Assembly (NCBI GenBank): GCA_964452935.1
Contig: CAYVNO010000006.1
Span: 5,574-69,573 of the forward strand
Direction of reading: 5' to 3'
DNA length: 64,000 nucleotides
From: an uncultured Methanosarcinales archaeon
GTDB taxonomy: Archaea; Nanobdellota; Nanobdellia; Woesearchaeales; DSVV01
Positions 56,609 through 64,000 of this stretch are shown here, piece after piece; position 1 is the first letter of the stretch; each line of letters opens with the position of its first letter. The position numbers and the translations under genes are program-made. The notes below the pieces were generated by a model that did no database searches, was not told the origin of the DNA, and was given only the letters and a program-made list of their open reading frames with translations.

Positions 56609-57886
56609 ATGGCAGATAAGATCTTCATAAAAACATTCGGATGCAGCAATAATTTCCATGAGTCTGAGGTAATGGCAGGACTACTACAAGAATCTGGATA
56701 TATTATAACACAAGATCCAGTTAAAGCTAGTTTAATAATTATCAATATCTGCACAGTCAAAGGAGATAAAAACCCTTTGAAAGAAATCAAACTTACTCAT
56801 AACAAATACCCAGCAAAAAAACTATTAATAGCAGGTTGCATCCCAAAAGAGACACACCAAAGAATAAGAAAAGTATCAAAAGAAATATCATTCATCTCAA
56901 CACACAATATAACAAAAATAACTAAGACAGTAAACGAAGTTCTAGGTGATAACACAATCGAAGAACTAACTCCTGGAAACGAAACAAAGATTTGCCTACC
57001 AAAAGTAAGACAAAATCCAGTAATAAGTATAATCCCAATCGCCTCAGGCTGCCTTTCAAATTGTGCATACTGTTCTGTAAAAAAAATAAAAGGACACCTA
57101 TTCTCATACCCAAAAGAAAAAATAATCGAAGAAGTAAAAAAATCAATAAACGACGGAGCAAAAGAAATATACTTAACAGCACAAGACACAGGATGTTATG
57201 GAGAAGATATAAACACCTCACTACCAGAATTACTAAAAGAAATTATAAATCTGAAAGGAAACTTCTTAATACGTCTAGGAATGGCAAACCCAAACTTTGT
57301 AAAAAAACATCTGAAAGAACTCATCGAAATATTCAAACACAAACATATGTACAAATTCCTACACATCCCAGTTCAATCTGGCAATGACGAAATTCTAAAA
57401 GATATGAATAGAAATTACACTGCTGAAGAATTCAAAACAATCATAACTGAATTCAGAAAAGCAATCCCAGAAATAACAATCGCAACAGATATCATTGTAG
57501 GTTTTCCAGGAGAGACAGAAGAACAATTTAAAGACACACTAAAATTAGTAGATGACATTCAACCTCCAGTCTTAAACATCTCAAGATACTCAAGAAGACC
57601 AGGAACAAAAGCAGCATTCAAAAAAGAAATTCTATCAAGAACAGTCAAAGAACGTTCAAGAGAACTTACAGATAAATTCATTTTCATCGCATTCAACCAA
57701 CACATGAAATGGAAACACTGGGCAGGAAACATAATCATAGATGAACAAGGCAAAGACAACACAATGATCGGCAGAAACTACGCCTACAAACCAGTCATAG
57801 TCCAAGGCAGCTATCCATTAGGAAGAGTTCTAAAAGTAAAAATAATTAAAATTGGAAAACATGATCTACGAGGAGAAGTTATTTAG
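56609..57886 (+). CDS. MiaB-like radical SAM methylthiotransferase (archaeal/eukaryotic CDKAL1 type) with TRAM domain
   Basis: N-terminal FGCSNNFHESE (UPF0004), ASGCLSNCAYCSV radical SAM motif, and a C-terminal TRAM-like domain. Confidence 0.85.
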   Translation: MADKIFIKTFGCSNNFHESEVMAGLLQESGYIITQDPVKASLIIINICTVKGDKNPLKEIKLTHNKYPAKKLLIAGCIPKETHQRIRKVSKEISFISTHNITKITKTVNEVLGDNTIEELTPGNETKICLPKVRQNPVISIIPIASGCLSNCAYCSVKKIKGHLFSYPKEKIIEEVKKSINDGAKEIYLTAQDTGCYGEDINTSLPELLKEIINLKGNFLIRLGMANPNFVKKHLKELIEIFKHKHMYKFLHIPVQSGNDEILKDMNRNYTAEEFKTIITEFRKAIPEITIATDIIVGFPGETEEQFKDTLKLVDDIQPPVLNISRYSRRPGTKAAFKKEILSRTVKERSRELTDKFIFIAFNQHMKWKHWAGNIIIDEQGKDNTMIGRNYAYKPVIVQGSYPLGRVLKVKIIKIGKHDLRGEVI

Positions 57887-57912
57887 CCTTCTCCCCATAA
57901 ACCATTAAATAA

Positions 57913-58449
57913 TTAATTTGTCCTAAAAACTATTGATGTCCACCCAGGATCAGTATCAGGATCATTTTGATCTAAATACCATTTATTAGTATCATCAATA
58001 ATTTCACCAAACACTCTTTCTAAAGATATTGGTCCTTCTGTAAATCCTTGGGAATGCTCTCTTACTAAATCATCAATTTTTACAGAAGGACGTATCAAAT
58101 TAAATCTTTGTAAATACATCATAGTACATTTCAAGACAAGTAACCCTTTTATTTGATCTCCTGTTGATTCTTCTACAAACCTTCTAAATTCAGCAGAAGC
58201 AATGACATCTAGAACCTCAGCAGCATATGTAAAGCTTCCTGGAACTCTTTTTCCATATTTTCTATCACTGGCTGCAAAATGTTCTGTATGAAAAGCAACT
58301 CTTTGTTCTTCAGTTAAATGTAAAGAAATTCCTACGAACTCTGGATCAGGAGAATCAACATCTTTTAATTTCCATGTATAACCCTAAAGAGTATTTGGAT
58401 CCTTAGCATAACTCAAAGGTCTTATCTCATCATCTCCTATCACTCCCAT
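57913..58449 (-). pseudogene. Hypothetical gene interrupted by a single in-frame TAG (58384..58386)
   Basis: Hand translation from ATG 58449: MGVIGDDEIRPLSYAKDPNTL-TAG-GYTWKLKDVDSPDPEFVG...FRTN. 83 sense codons without any ATG/GTG/TTG lie between the TAG and the track ORF start (a TTG at 58134). TATA-like TTTTATATATTA lies upstream of 58449. Confidence 0.5.
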
Positions 58450-58522
58450 AAACCAAAGAAATCCAGTATAATATATAAAAGTTTATATACCTATTAATAA
58501 ATAAACAAAAAGAGGTGATATT

Positions 58523-58735
58523 ATGTACATAATAAAACAAACAGAAAAGTTTGCAAAGAAAATGAAGTGGTATGATTTCTCATTATTGAAATCACATGTT
58601 CTGTTCTTCACACTGTTCTTAGTAACAGTCTGGCCAGACTTCAGAAACCTTGTGTTAGGGATTGAATGGTACTGGTTTTTAACCATAGCAATGATTCTAT
58701 GGGTTCCATTAGCAAAGAAGTTTTTCTCAAGTTAA
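58523..58735 (+). CDS. Small two-TM membrane protein
   Basis: ORF track. Two hydrophobic segments. GAGGTGA Shine-Dalgarno-like sequence upstream. Confidence 0.35.
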   Translation: MYIIKQTEKFAKKMKWYDFSLLKSHVLFFTLFLVTVWPDFRNLVLGIEWYWFLTIAMILWVPLAKKFFSS

Positions 58736-58869
58736 ATTTTTTATTAGACACACAGACCATTTTGTTGGTATAAACAAAAAGGTATTGTTGTCATTTTGTG
58801 AACAACTGCTGTAAGAATGTGATCATCTGCAATGTTTTGATTTAAACATATAATTAGTATCAAACACCA

Positions 58870-58889
58870 TTTTCCTGGCGTCAGGAAAA
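58870..58889. terminator. Perfect 8-bp hairpin TTTTCCTG-GCGT-CAGGAAAA between convergent genes
   Basis: Seen directly, 13 nt beyond the stop of the ATPase gene. A terminator role is inferred. Confidence 0.3.
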
Positions 58890-58901
58890 CGATAGATATG
58901 C

Positions 58902-60728
58902 CTAAACCTCAATCTCTTTTCCATTAACTCCACTTACAAAAACAACTCTTGTCTCTTTTTTAGATTTCAACTTAACTTCATACAGTGGATAATAAACTAT
59001 CTCAGAATTAGCAACTTCAGCATTAAACTTCTTCTCAACTGACTTCTTCATATTACTCAGCTTTGGTTTCATTCCTTTTATCTCTCCATCATCTAACTCA
59101 GGAACATTACAATGTAATTTCTTCAAATTCTCTAACTCACTATACTTTCCAAGAATATCAATTGTATCTCCTCTAACTTTCAAAACATTCCCTTTCATTC
59201 CATCAATTAATAGATTATACTCTTTAACTTTCATACCAAACAATCCTTTCTTCTTAACTCTAACATCAAATAAATAAAAAGGATAATACAACAATTTCAA
59301 TGAACTAACTTTCTCATTATCAGATCCAAAAAACACAAACTTTTTTGACTTTTTACCATCTGCAAAATCTCTGACATATTCTTCTGAATAATTTAAACCA
59401 AAATGTCTTTTATATTTGCCTTTCTTCCTCTCAACCTCTAACTCCACTTCCTCAACTTCTATTTCTTTCTCCTTCCGCTTAACATAATATCTACTAAACT
59501 CCTCTCTAAGACCCAAATCATCAACAACTTTCTTAACAGCACTCTCACTAAGTGTCTTGTGCTCAGTATACAACCACCTAGTATTTATTAAAGGAATATC
59601 ATCAAAAACATCTGGTGCAAAAACAATAAACTCTCCTGGCTTTAACTTAGGCAAACTTTTAATAACTTCTCCACCATCTAGAGACTTCAACGCATCTTCT
59701 ATTTTCTTCTTATCTTGTTTAGTAGTTATCCTTCCAATAAGCCAGGTTCCAAACTGAGCAAACGCTTTGTAGTCGATATCTCCAGGATTCTGTGTACTTA
59801 CAACACAACCAATCCCATACTTCCTAGCCTGTTTAAATATCAACTTTAAAATTTCTTTTGTTACAGGTTTTCTTGCTCCTGCAGGAATAAACTCTGCAAT
59901 CTCATCTACCATAAACAACGCTTGTAAATCCTTCGAAGGATTTTTCAACATCCAATTATATAACTCATTAGCAATACTAAACAAGAAAAAGTGCTTATCA
60001 TCAACACTGTCCAAACAATTCAGATAAATAATATTAACCTGTCCTTTCTTTAACATTAAATTAATATCGATAGGCATACCAAACTGAAATAATAAATCCT
60101 TTGCACCAATGGTCAAAAACTTTATCTTTTTAGCAATTAACTCATAATCCTTTTCATTACTAATAAAATCTTTAACCTTTCTTTTAAGAGGGCCAGGATT
60201 TCTAACCTTTGAAGCCAACTTAGAAAAACTTCCTATCTCTTTTTTCTTCTTCCAAGAATCTAAAAATATCTCATACAACAAAGCTGCAGCAGCTTTCCCT
60301 TTATCAGTCCTCAAACTAAACCCAATCAATTTAGTTATAGATTCAGCTAACGCGTGAGTTATACCAACTAAATCTTCAAACTCAATATTTCCAGGAGGTA
60401 ATTTTAACGGACTTAAACATAACGGAACACCTTTAGAACTTGCAGGTGTAAAAATAACAACCTTCCTTTTCTTAAACTTAGAAAAACTTGTTTTATTAAA
60501 CTCTTCTTTCTCTTCACCAATTATTGCTAAACTAGCTAAATCACCTTGAGGATCAATTAATATGCTGGGAATATTATTAATTGCAGCTTCTTCAATCAAA
60601 CCCTTACATAAAACAGTTTTTCCGCTACCAGATCCACCAAGAGCTAACAAATGCTTTTTTAGAACAGCATCTGGCAAACTAAACTCCTTTTCCCAGATTT
60701 TACCTAGTTTTATATTAATTTTAATCAC
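58902..60728 (-). CDS. HerA/DUF87-type P-loop ATPase with an uncharacterised C-terminal domain of about 200 aa
   Basis: Walker A LGGSGSGKT, Walker B ALFMVDEIAEF, and ARKYGIGCVVSTQNPGDID typical of the DUF87/HerA central domain. 8-nt overlap with the HEPN gene. Confidence 0.7.
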   Translation of the reverse strand: MIKINIKLGKIWEKEFSLPDAVLKKHLLALGGSGSGKTVLCKGLIEEAAINNIPSILIDPQGDLASLAIIGEEKEEFNKTSFSKFKKRKVVIFTPASSKGVPLCLSPLKLPPGNIEFEDLVGITHALAESITKLIGFSLRTDKGKAAAALLYEIFLDSWKKKKEIGSFSKLASKVRNPGPLKRKVKDFISNEKDYELIAKKIKFLTIGAKDLLFQFGMPIDINLMLKKGQVNIIYLNCLDSVDDKHFFLFSIANELYNWMLKNPSKDLQALFMVDEIAEFIPAGARKPVTKEILKLIFKQARKYGIGCVVSTQNPGDIDYKAFAQFGTWLIGRITTKQDKKKIEDALKSLDGGEVIKSLPKLKPGEFIVFAPDVFDDIPLINTRWLYTEHKTLSESAVKKVVDDLGLREEFSRYYVKRKEKEIEVEEVELEVERKKGKYKRHFGLNYSEEYVRDFADGKKSKKFVFFGSDNEKVSSLKLLYYPFYLFDVRVKKKGLFGMKVKEYNLLIDGMKGNVLKVRGDTIDILGKYSELENLKKLHCNVPELDDGEIKGMKPKLSNMKKSVEKKFNAEVANSEIVYYPLYEVKLKSKKETRVVFVSGVNGKEIEV

Positions 60729-61242
60729 CTTTTTTTAGTATATCTTTTATCTTACCTATAAACAACATTGCTTTTAACCTTAACCCATTGACAGTAGTCT
60801 TATCAAATTTATAATTGCTTGAGTAGGTTGCTTCTTCTCTTTTATTCTTGCTCTGCACATAGAACAATAGATCTTGATAATCAAGAAAAAACTTATTCAC
60901 CATCATTATCTCTTCCTCACTAACTCCTTTATTGTAAAATTCTTTTATAAGAATACAAACAGTTGCATCATGATTCTTCGAACTAAATCCCTTAGAAAGA
61001 ATTAATGCAAGAGCAGCATGATAAGACGCATAATAGCACCCAGTAATGCACCAATCAAAATAACCTAGTTTCATAGTATCCTTTACAAACTCAAGATTCC
61101 TTTCTGACTTTTCTTTATGACCCTCTACTTCATCATGTTTAGGAGAATGTTTTTTAACTAAATCTTTCTTGACATAATTCTTTATCCTTTTTTCAACTTC
61201 TTTTTTGTCCGTCAATAATTTTTTCAATTGGAATTCATTCAT
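60721..61242 (-). CDS. HEPN domain protein
   Basis: KSERNLEFVKDTMKLGYFDWCITGCYYASYHAALALILSKG..SKNH resembles PF05168-type HEPN. The track ORF starts at 61272. The internal ATG at 61242 gives an ATGAATGA overlap with the MNT stop codon. Confidence 0.65.
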   Translation of the reverse strand: MNEFQLKKLLTDKKEVEKRIKNYVKKDLVKKHSPKHDEVEGHKEKSERNLEFVKDTMKLGYFDWCITGCYYASYHAALALILSKGFSSKNHDATVCILIKEFYNKGVSEEEIMMVNKFFLDYQDLLFYVQSKNKREEATYSSNYKFDKTTVNGLRLKAMLFIGKIKDILKKGD

Positions 61243-61828
61243 TGTAAACTTCCTCATAATAATATTTCTCATTAAATATTGGAAACCCAGTATTCAAAGC
61301 AGACTGTACAACCTTATCTTTCTTCCCAACAAGTTCCCTCTCAAAATCTTTTACAGTTAACTGAAATACACTAATTCTTATGCCTGTCTGTGACTCAACA
61401 TAACTTATTGTTTTCTTATTATCTGTCCTTGAATAAACAACTTCTAAAATATCAACGTCTGAGTCCTTTCTATATGTTCCCTTTGCCGTTGAACCAAACA
61501 AAATTAAAAATAGAGGTTTCTTTTGCAGATGTTTAACATAGTCTTTTATGGCATTCCTTCTCAATATCGGAAATTTTCCGACTCTTTCATAATCATAAAA
61601 TGGAAATATTTCAGGTATTATATTTTTTTTCAATCTAAACTTCTTCAAATTTGCTTCGCTCTCAAAACCTAAAACTCCATCTTTCAACATAGAATTAAGA
61701 TGTCTAGAAACACTACTCTCATTTAATCCGACATTCCTAGCAATCTCTCTTAAATGCACAGCTTTGTTTCTGTTATAATAAAACAACTTAATTATCTTAT
61801 ATATGGCATCTTTGAGTATTGTTTTCAT
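61235..61828 (-). CDS. wHTH-fused minimal nucleotidyltransferase (MNT)
   Basis: N-terminal wHTH (VHLREIARNVGLNESSVSRHLNSMLKDGVL) and the NTase core LFGSTAKGTYRKDSDVDIL (GSxxxG...DxD). Confidence 0.7.
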   Translation of the reverse strand: MKTILKDAIYKIIKLFYYNRNKAVHLREIARNVGLNESSVSRHLNSMLKDGVLGFESEANLKKFRLKKNIIPEIFPFYDYERVGKFPILRRNAIKDYVKHLQKKPLFLILFGSTAKGTYRKDSDVDILEVVYSRTDNKKTISYVESQTGIRISVFQLTVKDFERELVGKKDKVVQSALNTGFPIFNEKYYYEEVYNE

Positions 61829-61901
61829 TTTCCAAACAATTGTTTGAAATATTCAAACATTTATAAAGTTTTTGCTAAAAAGCATACAATAAAAAGAAAA
61901 T

Positions 61902-62915
61902 TCACTGCTTCCTTTCAATACCTAAAGATTCATCAGTCATTCTCATTGACTCTGCACCATTAGGAAATCCCATTGCGGCCCTTATAGCATCAATATTCTC
62001 AGGAACAACATCTGACTCTTGGTGAACCGCTTGTATAAAGAAGATCTCTTTTCCATGCACACCTACTCCTTCTTCCCATACACAAATGTCCATCATATCT
62101 CCTCTAGGTCCTCCTAACTCTTTAGCTAGTTCCATAATCTCTGCAGTAGACCTAACTCTATCAGAACCTCTAACAATCTTTATCCTTGGTTCATTCCTCA
62201 ACGCTTCTAAAACCTCATCTTTTGTCACTCCATCTGAAAGTAGATCAATACTTAGATTATGCATATGCATAAGTGTAGTAGGAACAACAACAGCTGTTGT
62301 AAAGACCTCAACATCAGGTAACACTGTTCTAACATCTGGTCCATGATGACTTGGTAACTCTAAAACAGGAACAATTGAATTTACTGGTCCCCTTTTTGTC
62401 TCACCAGGATCACTAGCTCTTCTTATCAAAGTAGCTCTAACTCTTTGAATAGGCCATCTCTTATTTATCGCATGAATTGTTCTTGACATACCAGTGGTGT
62501 TGCAACTTACAACTCTGATATAATTCTTTCCTAGACATTCATTATAATTACATTGTGCAACAAAACTTGCCTCAGCAATATTATGTTTCTCTCCACCCTG
62601 GAATAAAGCCTTTACTCCAGATTGAACATACTTGTCTTTCAACCCTTGTTTTTTTGGAGTACAATCAACAACAATATCTACTTTACTTAACATGTCATCA
62701 AAAGACCCAGCAGGTTTTATACCATTCTTAATAAAATCTTGTTGATCTCCAATAGCATAAATTGGAAACCCTTTAGAATTAGCAATCTCCATTCTATAAT
62801 TGTAAGAATAACCAGTAACTCCAACTAACTCCATGTCTTTCTGAAGAACAACAGCATCTGCTACTCTTTTACCAATTGTTCCATAACCAACAATTCCTAC
62901 TTTATATTTCTCCAT
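61902..62915 (-). CDS. gap: Archaeal type II glyceraldehyde-3-phosphate dehydrogenase
   Basis: KVGIVGYGTIGKRVADAV, the catalytic SCNTTG, and overall colinearity. I place the start at the internal Met MEKYKVG; the track ORF extends to 62957. Confidence 0.85.
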   Translation of the reverse strand: MEKYKVGIVGYGTIGKRVADAVVLQKDMELVGVTGYSYNYRMEIANSKGFPIYAIGDQQDFIKNGIKPAGSFDDMLSKVDIVVDCTPKKQGLKDKYVQSGVKALFQGGEKHNIAEASFVAQCNYNECLGKNYIRVVSCNTTGMSRTIHAINKRWPIQRVRATLIRRASDPGETKRGPVNSIVPVLELPSHHGPDVRTVLPDVEVFTTAVVVPTTLMHMHNLSIDLLSDGVTKDEVLEALRNEPRIKIVRGSDRVRSTAEIMELAKELGGPRGDMMDICVWEEGVGVHGKEIFFIQAVHQESDVVPENIDAIRAAMGFPNGAESMRMTDESLGIERKQ

Positions 62916-62941
62916 CACCATCTCCTCCTTTATCTTCGTCA

Positions 62942-63048
62942 AGAACACCTTTGCCAAGACCGGCTTTTAAATCCAAGGTAACAATGTCGGGACAAACCGT
63001 TTTCGGCTTAACTCTCCAACATCGAGCGATCGGTCGCAATGGTGTTCT
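62942..63048. repeat. Copy E5 (divergent, GC-richer) of the structured intergenic repeat family
   Basis: 5' AGAACACCTTTGC pairs with 3' GCAATGGTGTTCT (one mismatch). Same TGCCAAG block and CAA bulge, followed by a GACCGG/TCGGTC pairing. Lacks the central AAAGTTACT block. Confidence 0.45.
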
Positions 63049-63057
63049 AATAAATAA

Positions 63058-64000
63058 TCATTCAGTTAACTTAGTCTGTTGTTTGATTCTAAACCTTTTA
63101 TCAATCTCTTCTAACTTTTTCTTTATGCCACCATACTCTAACTCATTCATTCCTAACATGGCATTTCCAAAAAAACCTTGTTCTCTAATATCTACAGATT
63201 TTCTTGAAGCTTTCTCTCTAACATGATCCCAAAACGGATGATCAAATAAATCAGCTGGCTCTGTTAATTTTCCATCATGAACACAAAATGCTAACGCACT
63301 CACAACTGGTGGGCCATCAAAAAAAGATATTGTCGCATTCTTTTTCATCGGCATCATCGGACCGTTATGGCTTCCTCTCATAAAACCTGCAACAAAATGA
63401 CATATTCTGTATGGAGAAATTACCTCTCCTGTCGCTGGAAACTGTCCTTGTACCCTCAACAATGCAATTGGGTCATCTTTTCCAGTATATTTTCCTGCAA
63501 TATTATGAAGTCTGGTTGTACTAACAGAAACTGCTTGCTCACCTTCTTTTGTATAAATTGCATCAATAACATATCTATCTGTCTCTCTTAATAAAGCTGC
63601 AATCTCATAAAGATCTTCAGGTGCACTTAACTCAACAACTCTATCTGCTTCTGTATGTGCAACATCCATTATATCAAACTTAAACCCTTTCATATTAGGA
63701 TTCAAAATTAGTCCTGAATTATGCATCGGATCGGTGTAAGCCATATACAATGGTAAGTTATAAGCTCCAGGATCTGTTTTATCTGCTGCAAAAACAACAA
63801 ATGGTTCATTAGGTCTCTCTTCAAACTCTAACTCTGCAACAGCAGGACCCATTCCTTTAACATTTCCTGAAAAAGAATCTTTCAATAAATCTTGTCCTGC
63901 CCCATATAATCCTTGAGATTTTGCTATTCTTGTTCCTTCCATTAACGCATCCCACGCTAATTTATGTATCTCAGAATTATCTTTCCCTTTTATGTGAGTC
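63058..64000 (-). CDS. fbp: Fructose-1,6-bisphosphate aldolase/phosphatase (class V FBPase), 5'-truncated by the window edge
   Basis: LYGAGQDLLKDSFSGNVKGMGPAVAELEFEERPNEP...DKTDPGAYNLPLY is highly characteristic. The frame stays open upstream of the track start (…HIKGKDNSEIHKLAWDALMEG) to position 64000. Confidence 0.9.
   Translation of the reverse strand, partial: THIKGKDNSEIHKLAWDALMEGTRIAKSQGLYGAGQDLLKDSFSGNVKGMGPAVAELEFEERPNEPFVVFAADKTDPGAYNLPLYMAYTDPMHNSGLILNPNMKGFKFDIMDVAHTEADRVVELSAPEDLYEIAALLRETDRYVIDAIYTKEGEQAVSVSTTRLHNIAGKYTGKDDPIALLRVQGQFPATGEVISPYRICHFVAGFMRGSHNGPMMPMKKNATISFFDGPPVVSALAFCVHDGKLTEPADLFDHPFWDHVREKASRKSVDIREQGFFGNAMLGMNELEYGGIKKKLEEIDKRFRIKQQTKLTE

Noticed and set aside
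38932-63048. The repeat family tested as tRNA, 5S rRNA, box C/D sRNA, hammerhead or twister ribozyme.
   Set aside because: There is no T-loop (TTCRANY) or D-arm, so they are not tRNAs. Some echoes of 5S rRNA exist (GAAGTTA, GAGA..GGAAC next to the terminal helix), but the 5' and 3' inner segments pair with each other like a rod rather than forming a three-way junction, and five divergent 5S genes in 25 kb is implausible. There is no RUGAUGA C box. The CTGAnAA blocks lack the GA of the hammerhead CUGANGA core. Similarity to twister (CUGCCAA, UAAAAGU) does not hold up, because CTGC pairs and covaries with the 3' GCAG.
1-64000. CRISPR arrays, rRNA operons, canonical tRNA genes, transposase or integrase genes.
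   Set aside because: I found no regularly spaced direct repeats, no rRNA-like conserved stretches, no cloverleaf candidates and no recognisable transposase or integrase motifs. The absence of tRNA should be confirmed with tRNAscan-SE, because split or intron-rich tRNAs are easy to miss by eye.

Overview
AT-rich archaeal contig, probably from a small-genome DPANN-type lineage. Archaeal markers are a nop5-fibrillarin operon, type II GAPDH, FBP aldolase/phosphatase, an Orc1/Cdc6-like AAA+ protein, a class III signal-peptide pilin, and TATA boxes about 25 nt upstream of start codons. No rRNA, tRNA or CRISPR array was recognised. Positions 1-35.7 kb form one almost entirely minus-strand glycan and surface-modification supercluster. 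It contains dTDP-rhamnose genes, a pseudaminic-acid-like nonulosonic acid pathway, UDP-sugar dehydrogenases and epimerases, a polyol/inositol-phosphate-like module, and many tailoring enzymes. Positions 35.7-64 kb mix housekeeping genes with accessory elements. The most interesting is a diversity-generating retroelement (DGR) at 42993-45434. Its 94-nt variable region (VR) and template repeat (TR) differ almost only at TR adenines. Its reverse transcriptase is DGR-type but is split by a frameshift in a G9 run, and no avd gene is present. An AbiE-like toxin-antitoxin pair lies next to it. Also notable are five same-orientation copies of a roughly 100-nt intergenic element whose terminal stems covary, suggesting a structured RNA family; a wHTH-MNT / HEPN / HerA-like ATPase operon; a gene interrupted by one in-frame TAG; and a LAGLIDADG-like ORF. 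All calls rest on reading the sequence and recalling family motifs; no searches were run. Hand-indexed coordinates of small elements may be off by 1-2 nt.
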